A DNA stretch of 64,000 nt. Source: an uncultured Verrucomicrobiae bacterium. Its GTDB lineage: Bacteria; Verrucomicrobiota; Verrucomicrobiia; Limisphaerales; Palsa-1400. Positions 8,597 to 19,476 of the stretch are shown one piece after another (the stretch's first letter is position 1; every line of letters begins with the position of its first letter). Under the pieces are notes generated by a model. That model did no database searches. It was not told where the DNA came from and worked only from the letters and a program-made list of their open reading frames with translations. Position numbers and translations under genes: made by a program. Where the stretch lies: positions 96,001 through 160,000 of the forward strand of contig CAVPOM010000012.1 in the NCBI GenBank assembly GCA_963707025.1, written 5' to 3'.

Positions 8597-10876
8597 ATGA
8601 AAACCCTGTCGAAAATAAGAGTGCGCGGCCCGCTGGCCGCCTGGTTGCTGGCCGGTCTTTGTTCCTGCGCCACGCCGCAGCATTGGCAGCCCGCCCAAGG
8701 CCATTTAATGACGCAGTGGGCCAAAGAGGTCTCACCGGCCAATGCGCTGACCGAATATCCGCGTCCCCAGATGAGGCGCAAAGAATGGCAGAATCTCAAT
8801 GGACTTTGGGAATACGGCCTCACGGCAGCCGCCGAGACGGCGCCGCCGACGAATTTTGACGCCAGGATTCTGGTGCCCTTCCCCTACGAATCGGCCTTGT
8901 CGGGCGTGGGCAAAGCCAGCATCCCCAACCAGCGCCTTTGGTATCGCCGCACTTTCACCCTGCCCGCCGGCGCGAAGAACCAGCGGGTGCTGCTCCATTG
9001 CGGCGCGGTCAATTGGGATGCGACGGTCCTGGTCAATGGCCATGCCGTCGGCGCTCATCGGGGCGGCTACGATGCTTTCGATTTTGACATCACCGACAGC
9101 CTCAAGCCGGGCGCGAACGAATTGATGGTGTCGGCCTGGAATCCGGTGCGCAGCGATGTGGCGGACGCCCAAGTGCTGGGCAAGCAGCGCCTGCGTCCCG
9201 GCGGCATCTTCTACACCGCCGTCTCGGGCATCTGGCAGACGGTGTGGTTGGAAAGCGTGCCCGCGGAACATATTTCCGCATTGAAAATCACGCCGGACAT
9301 TGACGGCCAGACCCTCCGCCTGACCGTCGAGGCAGGCGGCGCCTTCCCGGTCGCGGTGACGGCAAAAGAGGGCGGGAAGACGGTCGCCAGCGCCGTGGGA
9401 AGCACGGGCGCGGAGATCAAGCTGGCCATGCCCAATCCGCATCTCTGGTCGCCGGATGATCCTCACCTTTACCAATTGGCGGTGGAAACGATGACGCGCG
9501 GGAAGCAGGCGGACCATGTGGAAAGCTATTTCGCGATGCGCAAAATCAGCCTGGGCAAGGACGAGCAGGGGCGCACGCGCATATTCCTCAACAATAAATT
9601 TGTGCTGGAAACCGGCCCGTTGGATCAAGGCTACTGGCCCGACGGCATCTACACCGCGCCCACCGACCAGGCCCTGCGGTTCGACATTGAGATGACCAAG
9701 AAGTTTGGCTGGAACACCATTCGCAAGCACGCCAAGGTCGAACCCGCCCGCTGGTATTACTGGGCCGACCATCTGGGCGTGCTGGTCTGGCAGGACATGC
9801 CCCAGATGTTTGGCGGCCGCAACGGCGCCCTGACCGAGGAAGCCAAACAACAATTTGAAACCGAATGGCGCCGCATCATCGCCGAATTTTACAACTCCCC
9901 CTCCATCGTCATCTGGACCACTTTTAACGAGGGCTGGGGCCAGCATGACACCGAGAGCGTGGTGGCGCTGACCAAAGAGCTGGATCCCACCCGCCTGGTC
10001 AACAACGCCAGCGGCTGGACCGATAAAAAAGTGGGCGACCTCTACGACACCCACGCCTACCCCGGCCCCGGCGCCCGGCCCCCGGAGGAAAACCGCGCCG
10101 CCGTCAACGGCGAATTCGGCGGCGTGACCATGAGCGTGGAGGGCCATCGCTGGACCAAGAGCAGCACCTATGGTTATGGCAGCGTGCTCAACAGCAGTTG
10201 GCTGGCGACCAAGCATTACCAGGCGTTGCTGAAAAAGGCTTATGAGCTGAAGGACCAACTGGGCGTCAGCGCCTTCATCTACACGCAACTGACCGACGTG
10301 GAGCAGGAGATCAACGGCCTGCTGACCTATGATCGCGCCGTCGTCAAGCTGGATCAAAAGATTGTCACCGCCGCCAACCAGGGCCAGTTTCCACCCCTGC
10401 CGCCCAATCCCAATCCCGAGTGGCTGCCGACCTCCGCCGACGAGCCGGTCACCTGGAGCTACACCACCACTGAGCCGCCCGGCAACTGGTTCGCGCCGGA
10501 TTTCGACGCCGCGGCCTGGAACACCGGCCCGGCTGTCTTCGGCCGCAACCTGTCCGGCACGCGGACGCGGTGGACGACCGCGGACATCTGGATTCGGCGG
10601 GAATTCCAAGTGTCCGGAGAAATTCCGGCCCGGCTGAGCCTGCTGGTCAAGCACCATGCGGATGCGGAGATTTACCTCAACGGAATTCTTGCCGGCAAGG
10701 TGGCAGGATCTGCGGATGATTACACCACGGTTGCGCTGAGCGCGGAAGCGCAGGCCAGTCTTAAGCCGGGGCGCAATGTCATCGCGGCGCACTGCCATGG
10801 CACCGGTGGCGGCCAGGGCATTGATGTGGGCATCGTCAAAGCCGGACCGTCCCAAGGGCCGCCCCCGGCCAAGTGA
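8597..10876 (+). CDS. Glycoside hydrolase family 2 lipoprotein with C-terminal beta-sandwich domain
   Basis: EYPRPQ, LNGLW, VPFPYESALSGV, LDQGYWPDG, NTIRKHAKVE, FNEGWGQ, GEFGG, YTQLTDVEQEINGL; LCSC lipobox. Confidence 0.9.
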   Translation: MKTLSKIRVRGPLAAWLLAGLCSCATPQHWQPAQGHLMTQWAKEVSPANALTEYPRPQMRRKEWQNLNGLWEYGLTAAAETAPPTNFDARILVPFPYESALSGVGKASIPNQRLWYRRTFTLPAGAKNQRVLLHCGAVNWDATVLVNGHAVGAHRGGYDAFDFDITDSLKPGANELMVSAWNPVRSDVADAQVLGKQRLRPGGIFYTAVSGIWQTVWLESVPAEHISALKITPDIDGQTLRLTVEAGGAFPVAVTAKEGGKTVASAVGSTGAEIKLAMPNPHLWSPDDPHLYQLAVETMTRGKQADHVESYFAMRKISLGKDEQGRTRIFLNNKFVLETGPLDQGYWPDGIYTAPTDQALRFDIEMTKKFGWNTIRKHAKVEPARWYYWADHLGVLVWQDMPQMFGGRNGALTEEAKQQFETEWRRIIAEFYNSPSIVIWTTFNEGWGQHDTESVVALTKELDPTRLVNNASGWTDKKVGDLYDTHAYPGPGARPPEENRAAVNGEFGGVTMSVEGHRWTKSSTYGYGSVLNSSWLATKHYQALLKKAYELKDQLGVSAFIYTQLTDVEQEINGLLTYDRAVVKLDQKIVTAANQGQFPPLPPNPNPEWLPTSADEPVTWSYTTTEPPGNWFAPDFDAAAWNTGPAVFGRNLSGTRTRWTTADIWIRREFQVSGEIPARLSLLVKHHADAEIYLNGILAGKVAGSADDYTTVALSAEAQASLKPGRNVIAAHCHGTGGGQGIDVGIVKAGPSQGPPPAK

Positions 10877-11071
10877 ACTTTGGCGCGATGCAGTGCAGCG
10901 TCAAAAGAATCGGCGGCTCGGTCCCGCCGGGTGGCTGCACACCGTTGAGCATGGCCGGTTCGCCGCAGCTTGCAGAGCGCCGGTGAAAGCCAGTGGCCGG
11001 ACTTAGAGCGGTTTCACAAATACTGTAGCCGCATTACAAGGCAGGGTCCCGGCAGGCCGGGATTGCCCGCC

Positions 11072-11190
11072 GCGGCGCGCACGGAGTGCGCGCCCTACCA
11101 CCCTCATTTAGGGCTACACAATTTCTTAAACCGCCCTAAACCGGCGACCGACGCGCTTTGATTTGCGGCGGTCACAGACCTCCGCTACAA
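11072..11190. repeat. Two GTAG-type REP palindromes
   Basis: GGCGCGCACGGAGTGCGCGCCCTACC (~11074-11099) and GGCGGTCACAGACCTCCGCTACA (~11167-11189, same family as the 8.3 kb element). Confidence 0.65.
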
Positions 11191-11196
11191 CAGCGC

Positions 11197-12576
11197 TCAG
11201 AGGGACTGGATGGGAAGGAGGACGGTGAATTCCGAGCCTTCGCCAACTTTGCTGTTGACTGTGGCTTTGCCTTTGTGGGCTTCGATCACGGCCTTGACGA
11301 CGCTCAAACCCAATCCGAGGCCGCGCTGGGAACGGCTCTTGTCGCCGCGATAGAGGCGCTCCCAGATTTTGTCCTGCTCGTTCTCCGGGATGCCAATGCC
11401 GGTGTCGCGGAAACGGACGACGGCGTCCTCGGCGCGGCAAGCGGCGGAGATGGTGACGGCGCCTCCTTCCGGGGTGTATTTGAGGGCGTTGTCAAGCAGA
11501 TTGGCAAAGGCCTGGCGGATGCGGTTGGCGTCCACGCTGGCCTGGCAGGAGGGCGGCAGTTCGGCCACGACGCGGATTTTCTTTTCCTCGGCGACGTATT
11601 CGTAAATGTCAATGACTTCGCGGAGGAGGCGGCAGAGGTCCACCGGCTGGCGCTGGAGACGGAGGGTGCCGGCTTCGGCTTCGGCGATGTCCATGAGGGT
11701 GGTGACCATGCTGAGCACGCGCTCGGATTCCTCGACGCAGTCGGCCAGGGCCTCGCGGGTGGCGGCGGGATCGAGGTTTTGCTGGAGGGCGGTTTCGGCC
11801 GCGCCGCGCAGCCGGGTCAGCGGGGTGCGCAAATCGTGGGCCACGTTGTCCATGGAGTCGCGCATGGCGCGGATGAGGGCCTGGTTTTTGTCGAGCATGG
11901 TGTTGAAAAGGCGGACCAGCTCGTCCAGTTCGTCGCGGGAGGGGCGGGTGGGAACGCGGGCGTCCAAGTTGCCGGTGCGGATGATGTTGCGCGCGGTGGC
12001 GACGATCTGGCGCACGGGGAGCAGGGCGCGATGGGCGAAAAAGGCGCCGCAGACCAGGCCAATGAGGGCGATGGCCAGGCCGGTGGGCAGGGCCGTCTGC
12101 CGGAACGGCTCCCAGAGCATGTCGCGGTTGCTGGTAATGCGCCCGACGACCAGGGTGGCGCCGTCGGACATTTTCACCCCGGCCCAGGCGAAGTCTTTTT
12201 CGGAATTTTTCGGGCTGCGATTGATCTCGAATTGGTTCCAGACCTGTTCGAGGTGGAATCCGGCCCAGCCATTGGGAGCTTCCTGGAGGGAGAGGGAGAC
12301 CTGGGGTGAAATGAGTTTGACATAGAAGGATTTTTCATCAGCGGGATCGTTTTCCTGCTTGGCGCGGGCCTGCAAGGCCCCGGCCCCGCCGGCCTGATAG
12401 ACGGTGGCATATTCCTTGAGTTGGGCCAGAATAACTTCCCGGTCTTTGCGCTGGAAGGCGACGCCCACCAGATAATAGACGAGGGCCAGCAGGACGGCGG
12501 TGCTCAAGGCAAAAATCAAGGCATACCAGAGGCTGAGGCGGAAGGCGAAATTGCGCAGCAAGTTATTTAAGAACAT
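11197..12576 (-). CDS. HAMP-domain sensor histidine kinase
   Basis: Two TM segments, HAMP domain, H-box AHDLRTPL, N-box [20 protein letters not shown]. Confidence 0.95.
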   Translation of the reverse strand: MFLNNLLRNFAFRLSLWYALIFALSTAVLLALVYYLVGVAFQRKDREVILAQLKEYATVYQAGGAGALQARAKQENDPADEKSFYVKLISPQVSLSLQEAPNGWAGFHLEQVWNQFEINRSPKNSEKDFAWAGVKMSDGATLVVGRITSNRDMLWEPFRQTALPTGLAIALIGLVCGAFFAHRALLPVRQIVATARNIIRTGNLDARVPTRPSRDELDELVRLFNTMLDKNQALIRAMRDSMDNVAHDLRTPLTRLRGAAETALQQNLDPAATREALADCVEESERVLSMVTTLMDIAEAEAGTLRLQRQPVDLCRLLREVIDIYEYVAEEKKIRVVAELPPSCQASVDANRIRQAFANLLDNALKYTPEGGAVTISAACRAEDAVVRFRDTGIGIPENEQDKIWERLYRGDKSRSQRGLGLGLSVVKAVIEAHKGKATVNSKVGEGSEFTVLLPIQSL

Positions 12577-13240
12577 AGCCCACCCCGCGCATGGTTTGCA
12601 GCCGCGTCTTGTCCGGGTCCACTTTGGCCCGGAGCCGGTGCATGAGGACATCCACCACATTGGTCTGCGGATCAAAGCTGTAGTCAAAGATGTGCTCCAG
12701 GATCATGGTCTTGGTGACGGGACGGCCGGTGTGGCGCAGCAGGTATTCCAGGAGGGCGAATTCGCGGGCCTGCAGCTCAATCTTTTCGCCGCCGCGCCTG
12801 ACTTCGCGGGTGAAGAGGTCCATCTCCAAATCGCCGGCGCACAGGCGCCTCGGCTCGGCGGTTTGGGTGGCGCGGCGGATGAGCGCCTGGACGCGGGCCG
12901 ACAACTCGGAGAACGCAAAGGGCTTGGTCAAGTAATCATCGGCCCCGGCTTCCAGGCCTTTGACGCGGTCGTCCACCGCCGCCTTGGCGCTGAGAATGAT
13001 GACCGGGGTGCGGATTTTTTTGGCGCGGAGCCGTTGCACCAGGCTGAGGCCGTCGAGCTTGGGCAGCATGATGTCCACCACGGCGGCGTCGTAAGCCGTG
13101 GCTTCGGCAAAGACCAGGCCCTCTTCGCCGTCGGCGCAGCGGTCCACGGCGTAGCCGGCTTGTTTCAGCCCTTTGACGATGAAGGAAGCGATTTTGTTGT
13201 CGTCCTCAACGACCAGAATGCGCATGCCGTCGTCCATCAT
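12563..13240 (-). CDS. OmpR-family response regulator
   Basis: [23 protein letters not shown], winged helix ending MRGVGY. Confidence 0.95.
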   Translation of the reverse strand: MMDDGMRILVVEDDNKIASFIVKGLKQAGYAVDRCADGEEGLVFAEATAYDAAVVDIMLPKLDGLSLVQRLRAKKIRTPVIILSAKAAVDDRVKGLEAGADDYLTKPFAFSELSARVQALIRRATQTAEPRRLCAGDLEMDLFTREVRRGGEKIELQAREFALLEYLLRHTGRPVTKTMILEHIFDYSFDPQTNVVDVLMHRLRAKVDPDKTRLQTMRGVGYVLK

Positions 13241-13311
13241 AAATCAAAGCGGGTTGGGAGTCGAGAGGGGGAATTACTGATTGCGGATGGCGGGGGAGGC
13301 GGAGAGGAGGA

Positions 13312-13340
13312 GATTAGGATTAAGATTAAGATTAAGATTC
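13312..13340. repeat. Hexamer tandem repeat (GATTAR)n
   Basis: GATTAGGATTAAGATTAAGATTAAGATT. Confidence 0.8.
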
Positions 13341-13435
13341 AGAACGGTTTCCCCTGGCCGGGTTGGGAAAAAAGGCCCTCCCGGCTTCGCGGGAGCGAAA
13401 ACGGGAGGGTGCGTCACGTCAGGGAGCCGGCAGGA

Positions 13436-14944
13436 TCAGCCTGCTTTGCTTTCATCCACCACCAGATAATGGCTGCCGTTATTGCTCCAGACATGGAGGA
13501 GCGTGATCTTGTCCTTGACGCTTGAGGTCAGTCGAACGGCGTCGTCGGCGGATCGGACGGCGTGCTTGTTGATCTCCAGGATGACATCGCCCTCCTTCAA
13601 TCCGGCGTCCGCGGCCGCGGAGGCCGAATCCACCTGGGTGACGACCGCGCCCTGGATTCTGGGAGGCACGGAGTATTGCTGGCGGGTCTGCGCATTCAAG
13701 TCCGTCACGGCCACCCCGTTGAGGGTGTCGTTGGAATCCGACGCGCTGGAACCATTTTTAGCCAGTTGCGCCTCGCCGGGCACTTCCTTGACCTGGATGT
13801 CCACGGTCCTGGCCGCGCCCTCACGCCAGATGCGCACGGGGACTTTTTCGCCGGGCGCCACGTCCGCCACTTCCATCTGGAGGCGGCGGCCGTCGGCAAT
13901 GGGCTTGCTGTTGAACTGGAGGATGACGTCCCCGGTCTTCAAGCCGGCCTTGGCCGCCGGACTGTTGGGCACCACTTCATCAACCAGCGCGCCCTTGTCG
14001 GTCTTCAGATCGAACTCCTTGGCCAGGGCGGCGGTGAGGGGCTGGACGCCGACACCGATAAAGCCGCGGGTAACCTTGCCGTCCTTGACCAGGCTGACCA
14101 TGACCTCGCGGGCCAGGTCGGTGGGAATGGCCAGGCCAATGCCTTCGTTGCCGCCGCTGCGGCTGTAAATGGCGGTGTTGACGCCGATCAACCGGCCATC
14201 GGTGTCCACCAACGCCCCGCCGGAATTGCCGGGATTAATGGCCGCGTCGGTCTGAATGAAGTCCTGATACTTGAGGTCCAAGGCCACCCGCCCGGTGGCG
14301 CTGATGATGCCCATGGTCACGGTTTGCGCCAGGCCAAAGGGATTGCCCACGGCCAGCACCACGTCGCCCACCTCAATTTTGGAACTGTCCGCCAAGGTAA
14401 TGGCGGGAAGGTCGTGGGCGTCAATTTTGACCACGGCGACATCGGATTCCTTGTCCTTGCCGATGACTTTGGCGGTGAATTCGCGGCCATCCTGCAAGGT
14501 GATTTTCACCTTGTCGGCATCGTCCACCACATGATTGTTGGTGAGAATATAGCCGTCCTTGGTCACGATCACACCGGAGCCCAGTCCGTGTTCGGGCGGG
14601 GTGAGGATCCTTTGCCGTCCGCCTCCGAATTGGTTGCCAAAGAACTGGCGGAAAAACGGATCCATCTGACTGCCGGGCACCTCCACCGAGGATTCCTTGG
14701 CGGCGGTGGTGACCTCGACTTTGACCACGCTGGGCATGACTTTTTTGACAACTTCCGCGTAACTGACGCCCGATTTGGCGTCGCGCGCCAGCGGGTGGTC
14801 ATCTATCACCAGTCCCATGGACTTGGCTTTGGCCGGGGTTTGATCACTGGCGTGGGCGGTGAGAATCACGCTCACACCCGCGGCCAGCAGCAGGCCGCCG
14901 GTGAGGAGGGCGGCCGCGATTTTTGGAGTTCGAATCTTCATCAT
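13436..14944 (-). CDS. HtrA/DegQ periplasmic serine protease with two PDZ domains
   Basis: Signal peptide, GSGVIV, LTNNHVV, SDVAVVKI, IQTDAAINPGNSGG. Confidence 0.95.
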   Translation of the reverse strand: MMKIRTPKIAAALLTGGLLLAAGVSVILTAHASDQTPAKAKSMGLVIDDHPLARDAKSGVSYAEVVKKVMPSVVKVEVTTAAKESSVEVPGSQMDPFFRQFFGNQFGGGRQRILTPPEHGLGSGVIVTKDGYILTNNHVVDDADKVKITLQDGREFTAKVIGKDKESDVAVVKIDAHDLPAITLADSSKIEVGDVVLAVGNPFGLAQTVTMGIISATGRVALDLKYQDFIQTDAAINPGNSGGALVDTDGRLIGVNTAIYSRSGGNEGIGLAIPTDLAREVMVSLVKDGKVTRGFIGVGVQPLTAALAKEFDLKTDKGALVDEVVPNSPAAKAGLKTGDVILQFNSKPIADGRRLQMEVADVAPGEKVPVRIWREGAARTVDIQVKEVPGEAQLAKNGSSASDSNDTLNGVAVTDLNAQTRQQYSVPPRIQGAVVTQVDSASAAADAGLKEGDVILEINKHAVRSADDAVRLTSSVKDKITLLHVWSNNGSHYLVVDESKAG

Positions 14945-15153
14945 AATTGTCTTTTCGTTAAATGTTTCTGCAAACCGGCATCCGGTTGATGGAACAAGAG
15001 TGCCACAGCGAACTAACGGGAAACTTTCCCGAACATTACAAATTGGCAATGTTAATTCCCCGGCGAGTTGGTGAGAGGGAAAGAGACTTGTGGCGCCGGC
15101 GCGGTGCGCCGATGTCGGGCCACAGGCTCGACGCTACAGCAATTAGCCCCAAG

Positions 15154-16419
15154 TCATCTCTGCGGTGACTCGGCGAGGATGGAAAGGGCGCGGAGGAGTT
15201 GTGGGTCGCCGCAGGTCTGCAGGCTGGCCGGGGTGAGGTTGGTCTCCAGGGCGGGAACGAGCGGCAGGGTGTTGTTGGGCAGCGCCACCGCGGCGTCGGG
15301 CTGGAGGCCCCTGTGCCAGAAGGAACGGCCGCCGGGAGTGAGCCATTCCCCGACGGCCAGCATCAGGGCCGAACCGTCCGACAACTGGAATTGGGCCAGA
15401 ACGGTTCCGGTGCCAAAGGTGGTCTGTCCAACCAGGACGGCCCGGTGCGCGTCGCGCAAGGCCCCGGCCACGATTTCCGAGGCGCTGGCGGTGCCGCCGT
15501 TGACCAGGACGACCAGGGACATGTTGGTGGCCACGCCGCCCGGCTTGACCGGTTCGGGGGTGATCTTTCCAGCGGCGTTTTTTGACAAATAGACGTTGCC
15601 GCCGGAAAGGAATTCGCTGGCCACCGCCACCGCCTCGTCCACCACCCCTCCCGGATCATTGCGCAAATCCAGGATGACGCTGGTCAGGCCCTGGCGCTGG
15701 ATTTGGAGCAAAGCGCCGTGGAAATCACGGGCCACGCCCTCGCTGAACAGGGCCACCCGCAGGTGCGCCACCTGGCCCCCAGGCAAGGCCTGCCAGGTCA
15801 CGTTGGGGATTTTGATGGAGGCGCGGACGATGTTGAATTCCTTGCGCCGCCCGTCGCCGGGGTCGAGCACGCCGAGCCGGACCGCGGCCCCGGCCGGCCC
15901 GGTGATAAGGTCATCCAGCTCGCTCAAGGGCAAGCCGGCGACGGAGCGGCCGTCCACTTCCAGAATGATGTCGCCCGCGCGCACCCCGGCGCGCCAGGCC
16001 GGGGAGCCGTCCAGCGCGGCGACGATGACGGCGCGGCGCTCCTGGGTTTTGATTTCGACGCCGATGCCGGTGAAATGGGAGCGCATGGCGGCGCTGGCAT
16101 GGCGGCGCATTTCCGGGTTGAGAAAGACGGTGTGGCCGGAGTCGCCCAGGGAATCGGTCATGCCGGCAATGGCGGCATGGGTGAGAACAGAAGATTGCAG
16201 GGAAGCGCGGTCCACGTAATCCTGGTGGATGATGTTCCAGGCCTGGGCCATGAGTTGGAAATTGTTTTCCGCGCCGCGAGGCATTCCGGTCAGGAACACC
16301 CACCGGTCGTAGAGAACCCCGGCGCAAACGGCCAGGACCAGGCTCAAGGCCCAGAGATAGGGGCGGCGGGGCGGCCGCCATGACCACAGCGACAATTTGT
16401 CTTGACTCTCACCATTCAT
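15154..16419 (-). CDS. S41 carboxyl-terminal processing protease
   Basis: TM anchor, PDZ (GIGVEI), LDLRNDPGG, TASASEI, GQTTFGTG. Confidence 0.9.
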   Translation of the reverse strand: MNGESQDKLSLWSWRPPRRPYLWALSLVLAVCAGVLYDRWVFLTGMPRGAENNFQLMAQAWNIIHQDYVDRASLQSSVLTHAAIAGMTDSLGDSGHTVFLNPEMRRHASAAMRSHFTGIGVEIKTQERRAVIVAALDGSPAWRAGVRAGDIILEVDGRSVAGLPLSELDDLITGPAGAAVRLGVLDPGDGRRKEFNIVRASIKIPNVTWQALPGGQVAHLRVALFSEGVARDFHGALLQIQRQGLTSVILDLRNDPGGVVDEAVAVASEFLSGGNVYLSKNAAGKITPEPVKPGGVATNMSLVVLVNGGTASASEIVAGALRDAHRAVLVGQTTFGTGTVLAQFQLSDGSALMLAVGEWLTPGGRSFWHRGLQPDAAVALPNNTLPLVPALETNLTPASLQTCGDPQLLRALSILAESPQR

Positions 16420-16657
16420 ACGAAGCAAAGCCGGCCAAGCATGACCCGGACCCCCGCCCCGCGCCAGCGCTTTTTGCCGCGATCAATGCGATGGGGCGCA
16501 ACTGGACACCGGCGCCATAATTCAGACCGGGGGCAAGGATGCCCCCGGGACCGCCAGGCTGGAAGCCTGCCCTGCGGGGCGGGCGTCGAGTTGCGCCCAA
16601 TGCGATCATTCCTTGATTTGCTTGATGGGCGCGGCCCGCTCCCGTTATGATCGCGCG

Positions 16658-17695
16658 ATGCGGAAACCGGCTTTTATCCTGCCTGGCGCGCTCGTCATGC
16701 TGGCGCAGATGGGCGGTCACACTCTCGCGCCTGCCGCCGACACCCCGCCGCCACAGGCCTACACCCGCGTGGCCAATCCGGACACCAATACCGTCCAATT
16801 GCAAATCGCCCTGCGCAAGTTTGTCCCGGAGCCGAAGGCCGGCCCGGCCATCTGGCTGGCCGGGGTCATGCATGTGGGGGAACCGGAGTATTACCACGCG
16901 CTGCAACATTTTCTCGACGCCCAGACGGTCGTCCTCTACGAAGGGATCAATCCGGACGCCCACCCGCATCATGTTCACGATGCCGCCAACGCGGCTGCCA
17001 CCAATGAGGCCGTGCCCGCAGCGCCGCCCACGGACACCAACGCCGGTTATTCGATGCAATCCGCCTTCGCCCGTTGCCTCGGCCTGGTCTTTCAACTGGA
17101 GGCGATAGACTACGACCGCACCAATTTCTTGAACAGCGATCTTTCGATTCTTCAACTCCAGCGCATCATGGCCGAGGGACGGCCGGGCGCCGGGCCGGGT
17201 GAGGAAGGCGGGACCAACGTCTCTTTCGATGTTCTCCTGCGCATCATGGACGGCAGTTCGTTTCTTGGCTCGCTCTTCAAAATCGGGATGCAAGTGATTG
17301 CCAGCAGTCCCGAGTTGCAGGCGGTGGCCAAGCTGACCATGATCGAAGCGGTCGGGCGGCTCAAGGGCGATTTGTCAGATGTGCAAGGCTTGCCGCCGGA
17401 TTGGAAACACCTGATCCAGGTCCTCATCCACGCGCGCAACGAGCATCTCCTGGGCGACCTGAAGGCGGAACTGAAAAGAATCCCCCCCACCGGCTCGATC
17501 GCGGTGTTTTATGGCGCCGGGCACATGGACGACCTGGAAAAACGCATCACGGGCGATCTTCATTATCGCCCCGCCGACGAGATCTGGCTCTGCGCCTTTT
17601 CCGTGGATATGCGCAAAAGCGGGCTTTCTCCCGTGGCCGCGCAATGGATGCGCAGCCTGATCGAGGGAGAGATGGACCAGATGCAGCAGCACTGA
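16658..17695 (+). CDS. Secreted TraB/GumN (Tiki-like) family protein
   Basis: Signal peptide; GVMHVG, VLYEG, ARNEHL and YGAGHM resemble TraB/GumN conserved motifs. Confidence 0.6.
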   Translation: MRKPAFILPGALVMLAQMGGHTLAPAADTPPPQAYTRVANPDTNTVQLQIALRKFVPEPKAGPAIWLAGVMHVGEPEYYHALQHFLDAQTVVLYEGINPDAHPHHVHDAANAAATNEAVPAAPPTDTNAGYSMQSAFARCLGLVFQLEAIDYDRTNFLNSDLSILQLQRIMAEGRPGAGPGEEGGTNVSFDVLLRIMDGSSFLGSLFKIGMQVIASSPELQAVAKLTMIEAVGRLKGDLSDVQGLPPDWKHLIQVLIHARNEHLLGDLKAELKRIPPTGSIAVFYGAGHMDDLEKRITGDLHYRPADEIWLCAFSVDMRKSGLSPVAAQWMRSLIEGEMDQMQQH

Positions 17696-17726
17696 ACGGG
17701 GCCGGCGCGGCAGGGAAGCCAATTCT

Positions 17727-17760
17727 TTGCGAAAATTTATTTTCGCGCTATATTACCCCC
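17727..17760 (+). promoter_or_regulatory. Putative promoter directly upstream of UBact (leaderless)
   Basis: TTGCGA (17727), 16 nt, TATATT (17749-17754), 6 nt, ATG 17761; no Shine-Dalgarno sequence. Confidence 0.5.
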
Positions 17761-17931
17761 ATGCCTGACCAAGCTCAGAAGAACCGGCCGGTCGCTCCGG
17801 GCAGCGGGGGCGGCGGCGACGGACCCAGCGCGCCCAAAGTGGAGAAGCCGAACACGGAGGAATTGCTCAAACGCATGCGCAAGGTTGATCCCGACCAGGC
17901 CAAGCGGTACCGCCAACGCACGGGTCAATGA
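17761..17931 (+). CDS. ubact: Ubiquitin-like protein UBact
   Basis: 56 aa, disordered, ending LLKRMRKVDPDQAKRYRQRTGQ; overlaps the proteasome beta gene (ATGA). Confidence 0.9.
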   Translation: MPDQAQKNRPVAPGSGGGGDGPSAPKVEKPNTEELLKRMRKVDPDQAKRYRQRTGQ

Positions 17932-18698
17932 GCGACACCAAAATTGCCGGCGACTTCCTTTCCCTCCTGGCGGAGCAGAAGCTGTTGCCGGCCGAGGCGG
18001 CCCCGGCCCGCGGCGCGCCCGTGGAAACCCAGGCCACCACCGTCTTCGCCTTCCATTACGCCGGGGGCGTGCTCATGGCCGGGGACCGCCGGGCCACGGC
18101 GGGCAATGTCATCGTGACCGACCGGGTGGAAAAAATCATCGAAGTGGACTCAACGTCCCTCCTAGCGGTGGCGGGCGTGCCCGCGACGGCGTTTGAAATG
18201 GCGCGGGTGCTGCAAACCTCCTTTGAGTATTACCGGCGCAGCCAGTTGCAGCCGCTGAGCTTGCCGGCGCGGGTGCGCGCCCTGGCCCGCTTGTTGCGGG
18301 ACAATCTGCCGATGACCTTGCAAGGGATCGGGGTGGTCGTGCCCCTGTTCGCCGGGGTGGATCACGGCGTTGCGCCGCCCCAGCCGCGCATTTATTTTTA
18401 CGATCCGCTCGGGGCGCAATTCCAGGCCGTGGGCTATGCGGCCTCCGGCTCCGGCGCGGGCACCATCCGCAGCATCTTGAGCTTCCAGGAACGGCACGCC
18501 AGCGCCAAGCCCTCCCAAATGAATTTGCCGGACGCGGTGCGGTTTGCCCTCTCCCTCCTGATGACGGCGTCGGAATTCGATTCCGCCACCGGCGGGGTCA
18601 ACCCGGCCACCGAGACCTTCGCCACCATCAAAGTGCTCAAACCTTCCGGTGTGGAAACCGTCACCGACCAGCAACAAAAGGAGTTTTTGCATGACTGA
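17928..18698 (+). CDS. prcB: 20S proteasome beta subunit
   Basis: Propeptide then TTVFAF, AGDRRATAG, YDPLG, SGSG, DSATGG. Confidence 0.9.
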   Translation: MSDTKIAGDFLSLLAEQKLLPAEAAPARGAPVETQATTVFAFHYAGGVLMAGDRRATAGNVIVTDRVEKIIEVDSTSLLAVAGVPATAFEMARVLQTSFEYYRRSQLQPLSLPARVRALARLLRDNLPMTLQGIGVVVPLFAGVDHGVAPPQPRIYFYDPLGAQFQAVGYAASGSGAGTIRSILSFQERHASAKPSQMNLPDAVRFALSLLMTASEFDSATGGVNPATETFATIKVLKPSGVETVTDQQQKEFLHD

Positions 18699-19431
18699 GG
18701 AACCCTACCGCTGGCTGGAGGCGATGGCCAACCGCCGCGAATACGTGCGCGACCAGCTCAAGGGCGGTTCGCCCGTCTTTGCCGTCAGTTTGCCGGACGG
18801 AATTCTCTTGCTCGGCGTGGGCGGCGGCCAGTCCAAGGTTTTTGAACTGTTCGACCGTCACGCCCTGGCCGGGCTGGGGCATCCGGCCGACATCGAAAAA
18901 GTCCGGCAGGCCGCGATAGATGCCGCCCATTTGGAAGCTTTTACGCGCGCGGCGGAAGACGTCAGTCTGCGGCGGCTGATCGGTTTCGGGCTAAGCCCGC
19001 AATTGAAGACGCAGTTTGACCAGATCTTCAGCGCCCCCTTTTTGGTGGAATTGCTCCTGGCCGAATTGGGCGCCGAGCCGGGGCAGGATTTGCTGTTCCG
19101 ATTGCACTTCGACGGCGCTTTTCAAGTCCAGTCCGGCGGGGCGGTCATGGCCGCCAGCCAGCCGGAGGCGGAGTCGGCGGGACAAAGCTGGTTGAACGAA
19201 ACGCTGCGGGAGGAGACCCGGCGGCCGGAAACCGCGGACCTGCTTTTGCAGGCGTGGTGGTGCCAGGTGCAAAACAAATGGCTGGCCGAATCTGTCCCCG
19301 ACGCGGCCCAGCGCCAGGCCGGCTGGCGCGAGGCGGTCCGGGGCAAGACGGTTGAAATCGGCTGGCTGGCGCGCCACGGCCCCCGCCCCGCCCGCTACCA
19401 GCCCCTGACCCTGTCCGATCTGGGCCTGTGA
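18691..19431 (+). CDS. prcA: 20S proteasome alpha subunit
   Basis: EEPYRW..NRREYV..GSPV, SKVFELFDR, GLGHPADIE; operon position after prcB. Confidence 0.85.
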   Translation: MTEEPYRWLEAMANRREYVRDQLKGGSPVFAVSLPDGILLLGVGGGQSKVFELFDRHALAGLGHPADIEKVRQAAIDAAHLEAFTRAAEDVSLRRLIGFGLSPQLKTQFDQIFSAPFLVELLLAELGAEPGQDLLFRLHFDGAFQVQSGGAVMAASQPEAESAGQSWLNETLREETRRPETADLLLQAWWCQVQNKWLAESVPDAAQRQAGWREAVRGKTVEIGWLARHGPRPARYQPLTLSDLGL

Positions 19432-19439
19432 GCGCGTCC

Positions 19440-19470
19440 ATCCGCAATCCGCAATCCGTAATCCGCAATT
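19440..19470. repeat. Heptamer tandem repeat (ATCCGCA)n
   Basis: ATCCGCAATCCGCAATCCGTAATCCGCAATT between prcA and pafA. Confidence 0.75.
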
Positions 19471-19476
19471 CCCAAA

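Noticed and set aside
16658..17695. TraB-like gene as a replacement for Dop because it sits upstream of ubact
   Set aside because: It has a signal peptide, and ubact appears to have its own promoter.
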